From: an uncultured Verrucomicrobiae bacterium
GTDB lineage: Bacteria > Verrucomicrobiota > Verrucomicrobiia > Limisphaerales > Palsa-1400
Direction: 5' to 3'
Assembly (NCBI GenBank): GCA_963702845.1
Contig: OY969763.1
Span: 4,800,001-4,864,000 of the forward strand
DNA: 64,000 nucleotides
A program made the translations under genes and the position numbers. Numbering within the stretch: the stretch's first letter is position 1; every line of letters starts with the position of its first letter. Below the pieces are notes generated by a model. It saw nothing but the letters and a program-made list of their open reading frames with translations, was not told the origin of the DNA and ran no database searches. Below are positions 39,963 to 49,324 of this stretch, piece by piece.

Positions 39963-40970
39963 ATGGCAAAGACACAAATCGCGGACGTAATCGTCCCGAC
40001 AGAGTTTGAGAAGTATGCGATTCAACGCACGGCTACGTTGTCGGCGTTCTATCAGTCCGGCATCGTGCAGATGGATTCGGAGTTCGACGCGCTCGCCGAG
40101 CAAGGCGGCACGGAGGCCCATCTTCCTTTTTGGAATGACATCTCAGGCGCTCGACAACCGTTGAGTGATGCCGCACCGCTGACGACGCAGAAGATTGGGG
40201 CGGACCAGGATATTTCCCGTATTCATAACGACGGCCAAGCGTGGTCGGTGAATCAACTGGCGAAAGCGTTGGCTGGTGATGATCCGATGGATGCGATTTT
40301 GAACCTTGTCGGCACGTATTGGGCGCGCACGAATCAGGGGGTTTTGATTTCTTCGCTGAAGGGAATGTTCGGCGCTGCGTCGATGTCGAGCAACCTTCTT
40401 TCCATCGCGAGCGAGTCGATCGCCGGGACAAGTTCGGCGACGCGGTTAACTGGTTCCACTTTCGTGGATGCTTGCACCAAGTTGGGTGATCGCGCGGATC
40501 GCCTTGTTGCGGTTGCGATGCATTCTGCGACGGAGGCGGCGCTGCGTAAGCTGGACTTGATTGATTTCATTCCGGACAGCGAAGGCAAGCCGGTGATTCG
40601 AGTGTTTCAAGGTCGGCGCGTCATCATCGATGACGGTTGCCCTGTTCGCGTTGGGACGACTGACGGGAATGTCTATACGACTTACTTGTTCGGTCCGGGC
40701 GCGTTCTGCCAGGGCTCGGCGAAGCTGAACAATCCTGTGCAAGGCGGTTTCGGCACGGAAGGCGTTGAGCTTTCGCGGTCGGCGCTGGATGGTGATTCGA
40801 ATCTGATCAATCGTCGCCGTTACATTTTGCATCCTCGCGGTGTGAAGTTCACAAGTGCTTCGGTCGCGGGCAAGAATCCGACTGATGCAGAAATCGAAAC
40901 GCAAACGAATTGGGTTCGCGTTTACGAGGCGAAGAACGTGCGCATTGTCGCAGTCGTCCACAACAACTAG
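39963..40970 (+). CDS. Major capsid protein
   Basis: T.IADVIVP..F..Y, QSGI, LPFWND, GDDPM.AI, AMHS, VIIDDG.P, INRR.YILHPRG. Confidence 0.9.
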   Translation: MAKTQIADVIVPTEFEKYAIQRTATLSAFYQSGIVQMDSEFDALAEQGGTEAHLPFWNDISGARQPLSDAAPLTTQKIGADQDISRIHNDGQAWSVNQLAKALAGDDPMDAILNLVGTYWARTNQGVLISSLKGMFGAASMSSNLLSIASESIAGTSSATRLTGSTFVDACTKLGDRADRLVAVAMHSATEAALRKLDLIDFIPDSEGKPVIRVFQGRRVIIDDGCPVRVGTTDGNVYTTYLFGPGAFCQGSAKLNNPVQGGFGTEGVELSRSALDGDSNLINRRRYILHPRGVKFTSASVAGKNPTDAEIETQTNWVRVYEAKNVRIVAVVHNN

Positions 40971-41015
40971 ACACTAGCGTGTCGGCCACGGCGCTGCGCG
41001 CAAAGACACAGAAGT

Positions 41016-41639
41016 ATGAAAACGATTTCGTTAGAGAAAGCTGCTAATGCAGGGCGACGGTATTCGAACGTGCTGCGGCTGGCGTCGAATGTGGCCGATG
41101 GGGAAACGGTGACGATTGGGAATGAGGTTTACGAGATTGATAACAACGCGGCTGTCACTGCGGGAAACATTCTGGTGGATTGTTCGGGCGGGCTCACGCC
41201 AACGCTAGCGGGTGCGGCGTTGGTCGCGACGATCAACGCGAAGACTCAGCAAGGGATTACCGCGAAAGCAATCAGCGCAAATGAGATTCTGATTGCGACG
41301 CGGGTTGGTATTGCGGGACGCGCGATTGTATGCGCTGAGACGTTGGCGGGTGCAAATAATGCATGGGCTGCTGCCGCGATGTATGGCGGGTCGGATGTTT
41401 TCAAGGGCGTTCAACTGCAGTCGCGTGCGGTAAATGCAACGGAGGTCGCGCTGGCGGCGATGCGGTTTGCGTTTCCGTTCACGCCTGTAGCTGCGTTGGT
41501 GCAAGTCCGCACTGCGGCAGGAGCGCCTAAAGCGTGGGGTGGGACAACTACTCTAACGGGTGATCGCGTTGACCTCGCGAATACTGGTTCTACGGATTTG
41601 GCGGCGACAGACGTCGTGACAGTCTTTGCCGGTGAATGA
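41016..41639 (+). CDS. Putative virion/head decoration protein
   Basis: Ala/Thr/Gly-rich beta protein (ADGETVTIG...YE) directly after the capsid gene. Confidence 0.55.
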   Translation: MKTISLEKAANAGRRYSNVLRLASNVADGETVTIGNEVYEIDNNAAVTAGNILVDCSGGLTPTLAGAALVATINAKTQQGITAKAISANEILIATRVGIAGRAIVCAETLAGANNAWAAAAMYGGSDVFKGVQLQSRAVNATEVALAAMRFAFPFTPVAALVQVRTAAGAPKAWGGTTTLTGDRVDLANTGSTDLAATDVVTVFAGE

Positions 41640-41845
41640 TCGCTTTTATGGAAGGTCTTTACCCAATCATTCGGCGAAAGCGGAAACCTTTGGTTGAGAC
41701 CGAGCCGGTCGGGCCATTGGCAGCTCCGGCGAAAGCGCCTGATGTCATGCCACCGAAGCCGAGTTCGCCCGGTGTGCCCAAACCAGCCGATGAAACAAAG
41801 TTCGTACAAAATCTTTCCGCCGCTCCCGCAGCCCGGAAGCGTTAG
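41636..41845 (+). CDS. Small Pro/Lys-rich hypothetical protein
   Basis: ATGA overlap with the upstream gene; LYPIIRRKRKPL. Confidence 0.5.
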   Translation: MIAFMEGLYPIIRRKRKPLVETEPVGPLAAPAKAPDVMPPKPSSPGVPKPADETKFVQNLSAAPAARKR

Positions 41846-41850
41846 CCTAA

Positions 41851-42572
41851 ATGGCTGGTGGGCATTGTGGGCGCAAAAGCGCCGGCGCAAGCGCGCACAG
41901 GCTAACGCGGGGCTCGATCCCGGCTTTGTTCCCGAGGACATGCAACTCTGGCTGCGGGCGAGTTCTTTGGGGGAAGGTCCCGGCGATTCGGTTTCGAATT
42001 GGCAGGACGACAGTGGGAATGCGAACGATGCTTCGGAAAGCACGGTTTCAATGCAGCCGACGTATCAGGAGGTGACGTTTGCGGGAAAAACTTTTCCGGT
42101 GCTTCGGTTTGATACGGTGGATGACGGGATGGAGACGCCGTTGGAAATTGATGGTGCGTTTTCGATTTTTGCTCTGTGGCGTTTGGCGAGCGCTGATGTG
42201 TTCAGTGGAGCGATTGTTTCATCCGGGTCTGGTGATTGGACCATGGGCGACGTGAATGGTCAGATGCTCTGCTACTTCGAGGGTTGGAGCGCTGCGTCGC
42301 CGGTGAACACTTCTGATTTCTATTTGTTGGAAGCGCGCATAGTTCCTGGAACCAGTCCAACGGAAATTTACGTTAATGGCGTGTGGGTCGGCATGGCCGA
42401 CGGAGCGTCCTCTGCTCCGGGTCAAGTGATGCTCGGTGCGGCCGGGGATAACGGGTATCCGGGCAATTGTGATTGCGCGGAGATTTTGATTTACGACCGA
42501 TATCTATCCGGTGATGAAGCTGATGGTGTGCGTGCATATTTTCAATCGCGCTACAACTTCTTGAAGTTATGA
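41851..42572 (+). CDS. LamG/concanavalin-like domain virion-associated protein, start uncertain
   Basis: LWLRASSL..GD.VS.W.D.SGN.N.A....QPTY and AEILIYDR.LS..E...V..Y...RY in ORF 41694..42572. Confidence 0.6.
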
Positions 42573-42886
42573 ATCGTTTTTTGATCATTGTTCCTGCGGA
42601 AGATCGCGATCGTGCCAACTCGGTTGCTGCGGAGCAATTCGACACAACGGGCGGCGCTCGGACTTTCTTCATCGGCATTTCGGCCAGCGGACAAGCGCCT
42701 GCGACGCATTATTGGTGCTCGGCTCAATTTACTGATGAGAACGCAACGAAGCTCGCTTTGGCTCAGGCGGATTTTCCGCTCGCGGTGGTGCAAGGCTACG
42801 ACGCCGATAGCGACGCGGGGTTTCCGCAGCGGACCATTGCGACGTTGGGATTGAAACAAATTGTGAGTTTGCCTGAAAGGACCTGA
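42569..42886 (+). CDS. Hypothetical phage protein
   Basis: Translationally coupled on both sides; S.SG..PATHYWC. Confidence 0.65.
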   Translation: MNRFLIIVPAEDRDRANSVAAEQFDTTGGARTFFIGISASGQAPATHYWCSAQFTDENATKLALAQADFPLAVVQGYDADSDAGFPQRTIATLGLKQIVSLPERT

Positions 42887-43509
42887 TGGCGCTTGTCGTT
42901 ATCAAAGAGGATGGAACGGGTTTGCCGGATGCGAACAGTTACGGCGTGGCAGCGGATGGCGACGATTACCACGCCGCGCATCTATACGCGTCCGCGTGGA
43001 GTGGTGCTACGGCCGGCAACAAGGATATTGCGCTCGTGATGGCAACGCGGCTGATCGATGCCCACTGTGAATTTCTGGGGTTCCACAAATCGAATGCGCA
43101 AGCATTGCAATGGCCGCGCGTCCAGGTGCCCGACAGGGAAGCGAGTGGTGTCTTTTGGGCGCCGGGTCTGGTGATTGGGCTCGGGCCTGCGGCGCCATTG
43201 TATATTTCGAGCGACGTTGTTCCGCCCTGTGTCGTTGCAGCGACGTGTGAGTTGGCGCGAGAGCTTCTGATCACTGACCGGACGGGGCCGCCTTTGGGAG
43301 AGGGTTTGAAATCGACTTCGGTTAAGACGGCAACCTCAAGCAAACCGGTGGGGACGACTGGCGTCGCGACTTCTTCCTCGTCGGCGTCCGCTTCCGTGTA
43401 TGATAAGTCGGATCGGCGGCCAATTTTAACGCCCGTTGTGGAGGCTTTAATGAGGCGCGTTCTCGCTGGGAGCCCCGGCAAATCGACGGTGAAATTGATT
43501 CGGACGTAG
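42886..43509 (+). CDS. Head-tail adaptor (annotated in many phages as DnaT-like ssDNA-binding protein)
   Basis: EDGTGL.DANSY...D.YH....W...K..AL..ATRLID....F.G....Q.L.WPR. Confidence 0.75.
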   Translation: MALVVIKEDGTGLPDANSYGVAADGDDYHAAHLYASAWSGATAGNKDIALVMATRLIDAHCEFLGFHKSNAQALQWPRVQVPDREASGVFWAPGLVIGLGPAAPLYISSDVVPPCVVAATCELARELLITDRTGPPLGEGLKSTSVKTATSSKPVGTTGVATSSSSASASVYDKSDRRPILTPVVEALMRRVLAGSPGKSTVKLIRT

Positions 43510-43620
43510 ATGTGTTTGTTTGTGTTTGTGGATGTGTTTGTTTTTGAACCCCGTTTTTCCCTGTTTTCGCCTTATTTCAACACATGACCCCGAAAAGGGC
43601 AGACATCAATAAAACCCAAT

Positions 43621-43654
43621 AAAAACGGCCCTAAAACGTGTGTTCTAGGGCCGT
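43621..43654 (-). terminator. Element-supplied terminator for tRNA-Met
   Basis: Minus strand ACGGCCCTAGAAC..GTTTTAGGGCCGT followed by a T tract. Confidence 0.75.
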
Positions 43655-43658
43655 CAAT

Positions 43659-43735
<77 letters not shown>

Positions 43736-43779
43736 ATCCGGTAGACGATGAATATACGGGTCGCGTTCGCTTCCGCAAG

Positions 43780-44820
43780 TTATTTGTTCGTAAGGACTAA
43801 AAATCGGCGCTTTATTTGATCGATCGCCCATCGTGCATGCTCGGCAATCAGGGGCTCTGGATCAATCGCGGCTTTCTCGAGTGCAGGTAAGGCGGTTTCG
43901 TCGGCGACGTTACCTAGTGCGACGCAGACGTTCCTAAGAAGTCCTCGGCGTTTGGTGCGCAAAATGGGAGTGCCGGCAAAACGCTGTTTGAACCCAATAT
44001 CGTCGAGCGAGAGCAAATCAATTAAGTCGGCTTGTTCCAAATCGGCGCGGCGATGTTCCCGCATGAGAGCACCGGTTTTGGCGAATTTGTTCCATGGACA
44101 AACGGCCAGGCAATCGTCGCAACCGTAGATGCGATTGCCAATGGCGGGACGGAGTTCCACAGGGATCGAGTCCTTCAGTTCAATCGTGAGATAGGAAATG
44201 CAACGGCGCGCGTCCAATTGAAATGGCGCAGTGATGGCGTTGGTGGGACAGGCGTCGATGCAACGATGGCAAGTGCCGCACCGGTTTGGTTCTGCTGCGT
44301 CGGAATCAAAAGCGACCGTCGTAATGATTTCCGCAAGGAAGAACCAATTGCCGAGTTCGCGGCTGATAACGTTGGTGTGTTTACCGATGAACCCAATACC
44401 GGCACGTTGGGCCAGGTCGCGTTCGAGCAGTGGGCCGGTGTCGACGTACCAAAGCGATTTTGATTCGGGGCCGCCGATTTGAGTTACAACCTCGCTCAAT
44501 TGCTTCAATCTTTCGCCAAGAACGTCGTGGTAATCGGCATAGCGCGCGTAGCGGGCAATTTGGCCGTGATGAGGGTTGGATGTTTGTTGCTCGTCGTTCC
44601 AATAACTCGCGGCAACGACAACAATAGATTTCGCTCCCGCCAAAACTTGTTGCGGGTCGACGCGTTTATGGGCATTCCGCGCGAGATAGGCCATCGCACC
44701 GTGGCGACCGTCTTTCAACCATTGCTCAAAATGCGCGGCGCGGTCCGGCGCGTTTGCCTCGGTAAAACGGCAGATGTCGAAACCCAGTTCTTTGGCCCGT
44801 TGTCGGATAACCTCCTTCAC
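43780..44820 (-). CDS. queG: tRNA epoxyqueuosine reductase
   Basis: ARYA...DYH, VDTGPLLER, CGTC.RCIDACPT, RCISYLTIE, GCDDC..VCPWN. Confidence 0.95.
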   Translation of the reverse strand: MKEVIRQRAKELGFDICRFTEANAPDRAAHFEQWLKDGRHGAMAYLARNAHKRVDPQQVLAGAKSIVVVAASYWNDEQQTSNPHHGQIARYARYADYHDVLGERLKQLSEVVTQIGGPESKSLWYVDTGPLLERDLAQRAGIGFIGKHTNVISRELGNWFFLAEIITTVAFDSDAAEPNRCGTCHRCIDACPTNAITAPFQLDARRCISYLTIELKDSIPVELRPAIGNRIYGCDDCLAVCPWNKFAKTGALMREHRRADLEQADLIDLLSLDDIGFKQRFAGTPILRTKRRGLLRNVCVALGNVADETALPALEKAAIDPEPLIAEHARWAIDQIKRRFLVLTNK

Positions 44821-44826
44821 GTTGCA

Positions 44827-45372
44827 TTAACTGCGGGGCTTTGCATGGCGCGCGAGATTGAATTGGTGAATCACTTGCAACGCAACTTCGCGCGGCGACC
44901 GCAGGCCGGTGTGAATCAAAACATCCGCCTTGCGATACGCGGGTCCGCGTTGTTGCAGCATTTCTTTTATTTTGCCGAGCGGGTCAGGTGTCTGCAGCAG
45001 CGGTCGATGCGTCTGCGTGCGCACACGTTCCCAAATCGTCTCCGCGCTAGCCCACAAACAAACAACCAACGCATGAGTTTTGAGGCTCGTCAAATTGCAT
45101 GGGTTCATCACGAGTCCGCCGCCGGTCGAGATGACTTGTTTTTTTTGGGTGGCGAGCTGCTCGACGACTTGCTCTTCCAACTTGCGAAAAACCGGCTCGC
45201 CGGCTTGCGCAAAAATTTCAGTGATGGTCCGGCCCGACTGCGCTTCGATTATTGCGTCGGTATCCACAAACTCGAATTGCAAGGCGTCCGCCACAATGCG
45301 GCCAACAGACGACTTGCCGGTGCCCATGAACCCGACCAGCGCGAGGTTGTGGATGTGGCGTGGGTTGTTCAC
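44827..45372 (-). CDS. aroK: Shikimate kinase
   Basis: GFMGTGKS, GE..FR..E, STGGG, RPLL. Confidence 0.95.
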   Translation of the reverse strand: MNNPRHIHNLALVGFMGTGKSSVGRIVADALQFEFVDTDAIIEAQSGRTITEIFAQAGEPVFRKLEEQVVEQLATQKKQVISTGGGLVMNPCNLTSLKTHALVVCLWASAETIWERVRTQTHRPLLQTPDPLGKIKEMLQQRGPAYRKADVLIHTGLRSPREVALQVIHQFNLARHAKPRS

Positions 45373-45380
45373 TGAAGCAA

Positions 45381-45460
45381 AGGCTAAATGCTAACGGCTG
45401 AAGGCTAAAGAAAATACATCGTTTTGCCCTTTAGCGTTTAGCTTTTAGCCTTTAGCCTTT
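45381..45460. repeat. Heptamer-periodic palindromic intergenic repeat
   Basis: (GGCTAAA)-like units followed by complementary (TTTAGCC)-like units. Confidence 0.6.
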
Positions 45461-45467
45461 TTCTCGA

Positions 45468-46817
45468 GTGCTGGAGCAAATCGCCAAAAACATTCGCGAG
45501 CGGAACCTCTTTCGCGATGGCGAGCGCGTTCTCGTCGCAGTATCGGGCGGCGTGGATTCAATGGCGCTGCTCCACATTCTGCATCGGCTCGCACCAGAAC
45601 ACGGATGGAGGCTGACGGTTGCGCATTTCAATCACAAATTGCGCGGACGCGAGAGTGATGCGGATGAAAAGCTGGTTCGCGAAACTGCAAATAAGATGCG
45701 GCTACAATTTATTACCGATGCCGGCGACGTAAAAGCTCATTCGATGACATCAGGGGTATCGATTGAGATGGCAGCGCGGGAGTTGAGGCACGCTTTTTTA
45801 GCCCGCACTGCACGCAAGCTGAAGATTAAGACCGTAGGGCTTGCGCATCATGCCGATGATCAAGTGGAGTTGTTTTTTCTACGACTTTTTCGTGGTGCTT
45901 CGATTGAAGGACTGGCTGGAATGCGTTGGCGCAGCGCTTCGCCAACTGACAAAGCCATCCACTTAGCGAGACCGTTGCTGAATGTTGCTCGCGCAGAGCT
46001 TGAAGCCTTTGCGCGTGAGCAATCGGTTCGGTGGCGTGAAGACCGAACAAACCTCAGTCCGGATTTTCTGCGTAACCGCGTCCGTCGCGAATTGATTCCA
46101 CTGCTTGAAAAGCATTATCAACCGGGCGTCAGAAAAAACGTACTTCGTCTGGCGGAATTGTTGCGTGCGGAATCCGATTTCCTCGCCGAGGCGACAGCCG
46201 AGGCAATCTCAACACGCCGCGCTTTTGAGCAGTTACCAATCGCGATCCAACGCAGAGCGCTGCAGCAACAGTTTTTCAAACTCGGGCTGAGCGCTGATTT
46301 TAAGACCATCGAATTGTTACGACTCAACGGCGGCAAGATTGTTGAGGTGGATGTTGCGACCAGATTGAAGCGTGATGAACATGGGCGCATTCATCTCATC
46401 AAAACCACTGCGGTTCAGTTTTCTGTAGCGAGCCGAACCATCAAGCTGAAAGCAACTGTCACGGCGATTAAATTTGGCAATCGGGCGTTCGCATTCCGAA
46501 TTGTGCAGCAGCGTGGCGCGAATCTAACCCACCGTGCTAACAGCGAATCGTTCGACGCGGAGAAAGTCGGGAACGTGATTACTTTGCGACATTGGCAACC
46601 CGGTGATCGCTTTCAACCGATTGGCTCGCGGTCCTCGCGCAAGTTGCAGGACATGTTCGTTGATATGAAGGTGGCGCAAGCCGAACGTCACACGCGTGTC
46701 ATCGCAACAACGGCTGACGGTGAAATTTTCTGGGTAGAAGGACTTCGCATTGGAGAGAAGTTTAAATTGACGAACGAAACAACGCGCAGATTCGTTGTTC
46801 AATGGAAGCGCCATTGA
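45468..46817 (+). CDS. tilS: tRNA(Ile)-lysidine synthetase
   Basis: AVSGGVDS, HFNH.LRG, AHHADDQ.E, RPLL, RNRVR, C-terminal PGDRF.P.G domain. Confidence 0.95.
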   Translation: MLEQIAKNIRERNLFRDGERVLVAVSGGVDSMALLHILHRLAPEHGWRLTVAHFNHKLRGRESDADEKLVRETANKMRLQFITDAGDVKAHSMTSGVSIEMAARELRHAFLARTARKLKIKTVGLAHHADDQVELFFLRLFRGASIEGLAGMRWRSASPTDKAIHLARPLLNVARAELEAFAREQSVRWREDRTNLSPDFLRNRVRRELIPLLEKHYQPGVRKNVLRLAELLRAESDFLAEATAEAISTRRAFEQLPIAIQRRALQQQFFKLGLSADFKTIELLRLNGGKIVEVDVATRLKRDEHGRIHLIKTTAVQFSVASRTIKLKATVTAIKFGNRAFAFRIVQQRGANLTHRANSESFDAEKVGNVITLRHWQPGDRFQPIGSRSSRKLQDMFVDMKVAQAERHTRVIATTADGEIFWVEGLRIGEKFKLTNETTRRFVVQWKRH

Positions 46818-46818
46818 A

Positions 46819-47238
46819 CTATTTATCTTCGTCAGGTTCGTCGGCGGATAGAAAGCGGTGCAACAAATAGACGAAGGTGGCGACCATTCCGATGGCAAAA
46901 ATCGCCAGCGCCAACCCGCCAAAAATCGAGCTCATTTGTTGCTTCGGCACGAAGCGCAATGGGTAAAAGAAACCGGTCACGCCGATGCAAATGATGATTG
47001 CAACTGCGATTCGCCGGGTGATTCGCGTTCCCGAATAAACGAGCGTGTAGAAGCAAGGGCCGACAACAAGCGCACCGAGCACAAGTGCCAATGCCGTGCG
47101 CCCTGTGACCGCGAAGGCGAAACCGCTTTGGGTCACGCGTAACGCTTCCATTGACCCGATCAGCACGGTAAACGCCAGCGTCAGGCAGATAAACATGATG
47201 CGACTGAGCCCCGGATCGAATTTCGCTTCGTTGGCCAT
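46819..47238 (-). CDS. Hypothetical four-TM membrane protein
   Basis: Hydrophobic ORF converging on tilS. Confidence 0.65.
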   Translation of the reverse strand: MANEAKFDPGLSRIMFICLTLAFTVLIGSMEALRVTQSGFAFAVTGRTALALVLGALVVGPCFYTLVYSGTRITRRIAVAIIICIGVTGFFYPLRFVPKQQMSSIFGGLALAIFAIGMVATFVYLLHRFLSADEPDEDK

Positions 47239-47331
47239 TGAAGTTCCATACAGCCAACAACGCGCGTAAGCAAGACAGGCGCAATGCAATTGTCAGCCGC
47301 GAAAAAACCGGATACGTTGCGAATTGCTCGT

Positions 47332-47407
47332 GGCCTCGTAGCTCAAATGGATAGAGCAGTGGTTTCCTAAACCGCGCATGACGGTTCAATTCCGTCCGAG
47401 GCTACCA
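47332..47407 (+). tRNA. tRNA-Arg(CCT); contains the left att site of element 2
   Basis: Cloverleaf GGCCTCG/CGAGGCT, anticodon loop TTCCTAA, TTCAATT T-loop, encoded CCA. Confidence 0.95.
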
Positions 47408-47499
47408 CCCTTGCAAACAAAGGGTGAAATGCGTGTTTTGTAGGTGTATTTTCAAGCAAACAGTTGACAGCGTGCAACAACTATGCAACACTAACGCGC

Positions 47500-48783
47500 A
47501 TGAAAACCACCCTGTCACGCAATAGTAATGATGATTCTTGGCCGCGAGAGGTTCAACCAGGCCGCGCTGTTGTTCGGGTTTATCGTCGCACAACGCCGCA
47601 AGGCAACTTCGCTTACATGGTTGCCAATTACGCAGACGGCAAGCGCCGTTTCGATTCCTACGCCAGCGAGCCCGACGCGCTAGCGGCTGCCGACAAGCTG
47701 GCCCGACGCATTGACGCTCGCGACTACGTAGCGGCCAGCATGACGAGAGAGCAAGCGATTGAATACGCCAGCGCCGTTGAAAAGCTAAAGCCGTTTAACG
47801 TCACGGTGGACGCAGCCACGAGCGCCGTTGCTGAATGTCTTAAAACGGTAGGAGATTTGTCCAATCTTCATGCTGCCGTGAAGTTCTACGCCGCCCGTAA
47901 CAAGCAGATCGTCAAAACACCCGTGTCGGACGTTGTTGTTGAGCTTCTAAAGATCAAGAAGTCACGCGGGGCTTCTGAGCGTTACCAAACAGACTTAAAG
48001 CGCCGGTTAGAACGCTTCGCGGGGGACTGTAAGAAAGACGCCAGCACCGTCACAACCGCCGACGTGCAAGAATGGTTAGATGCGCTCAAGCTAAGCTCTC
48101 AAAGCTATGCTAACTACAGGACGGTATTGCACACGTTTTTCGAGTTTGCCGTTGCCCGTAGCTATGCCGCTGACAATCCCGTTGCTGGCACGGAAAGAAT
48201 CAAAATCCGCAACGGGGATATTGAGCTTTTTACGCCGCTTGAGATTGGACGTTTGCTGACCACCGCCGATGCCCAAACGCTGCCTTGCCTTGCTCTAGGC
48301 GCATTTGCGGGGCTGCGGACTGCTGAGATTGTACGCTTGGAATGGAGTGACATTCACCTCGATGAAAAGTTTATCGTGGTATCTGCGAGCAAAAGCAAAA
48401 CGGCCAGCCGCCGGATTGTCCCGATTCACGATAACCTTTTTCAATGGCTCACCCCGTATAAGGGCCATGAAGGCAAAATATGGCATGGCACGGCAGGCAC
48501 GTTTAACAATCGCCAGCGTGATACCGCTGCCGCTACTCGCGACCTAGAAAACGGCATTACAGCGGTTAAATGGAAGCGCAACGGGCTTCGCCATTCTTAC
48601 GCAAGCTACCGTTTCGCACAAATCATGGACGCGGGTCGTGTAGCCGGTGAGCTTGGAAACAGCGCCGCTGTCATTCACAGGCACTATCGGGAATTAGTCA
48701 AACCAGCCGACGCGGTGAAATGGTTCACAGTCGCGCCAGAGCAACCGGCAAACGTCATTCCTGCAATGGCTGCGGCGTCGTAG
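47500..48783 (+). CDS. Tyrosine recombinase / integrase
   Basis: AGLRTAEI..L.W.DI, SKT, LRHSYASY, LGNS..VI.RHY. Confidence 0.93.
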   Translation: MKTTLSRNSNDDSWPREVQPGRAVVRVYRRTTPQGNFAYMVANYADGKRRFDSYASEPDALAAADKLARRIDARDYVAASMTREQAIEYASAVEKLKPFNVTVDAATSAVAECLKTVGDLSNLHAAVKFYAARNKQIVKTPVSDVVVELLKIKKSRGASERYQTDLKRRLERFAGDCKKDASTVTTADVQEWLDALKLSSQSYANYRTVLHTFFEFAVARSYAADNPVAGTERIKIRNGDIELFTPLEIGRLLTTADAQTLPCLALGAFAGLRTAEIVRLEWSDIHLDEKFIVVSASKSKTASRRIVPIHDNLFQWLTPYKGHEGKIWHGTAGTFNNRQRDTAAATRDLENGITAVKWKRNGLRHSYASYRFAQIMDAGRVAGELGNSAAVIHRHYRELVKPADAVKWFTVAPEQPANVIPAMAAAS

Positions 48784-49159
48784 GTTCAGCAGGCGGCGCG
48801 GGTAGAGCTTTCAACTCGGGCGCGTCAGCCTGTAACGCAATGGCGTTGTAAATCGGGCGCAGTTCTGCGGTTAGCTGTTGGTAGAGGCTGCACAAGGAAC
48901 AAGCACCCTGAGCGCAGCCCAATCTCTTTTCGAGTGTCTCTGTGGCATCAGGGCCAAGTCGTTGTTCCAACAACTTCGCTTCCAATTCCGCCTTTCGCGT
49001 TAATGCCGCATCTCGGCTCGTGTGCATAGCGTCGAAAATCTCTTTGGCCGTGTACCGCGGTTTCGTCTGAATCCCTGCTTTTGTAAGCCGTATCGCGATA
49101 GCTTTGCGGTCTTTACCGAGGGCAGTCGCCCATGCGTTTAGAGTGTGTTCGATGGTCAT
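48755..49159 (-). CDS. Small HTH protein, possibly terminase-small-subunit-like
   Basis: N-terminal HTH (WATALGKDRKAI), Y..KEIF.A, then RKAELEAKLLE coil. Confidence 0.45.
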   Translation of the reverse strand: MTIEHTLNAWATALGKDRKAIAIRLTKAGIQTKPRYTAKEIFDAMHTSRDAALTRKAELEAKLLEQRLGPDATETLEKRLGCAQGACSLCSLYQQLTAELRPIYNAIALQADAPELKALPAPPAEPTTPQPLQE

Positions 49160-49324
49160 GGTGTTAGGTATTTATTGTTCGGTAAGTGTGCGCGGTCTGA
49201 CACCCATGCGTTGAGGCGTCCAACGTGTCCACCCATTTCCTTATGTACCCTCTATTCCCCCTTACGCATGTTTTACTCTGTTGGATAAACATAAAGAAAA
49301 TGGTTGGACTGGTTGGACGGATTG

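Noticed and set aside
41694..42572. Diversity-generating retroelement target
   Set aside because: No reverse transcriptase and no template/variable repeat pair seen in the window.
44479..45375. 298-aa plus-strand ORF and similar long antisense ORFs (e.g. 28740..29603, 62288..63001)
   Set aside because: Antisense shadows of queG/aroK, TerL and ppk1 in GC-rich coding DNA.
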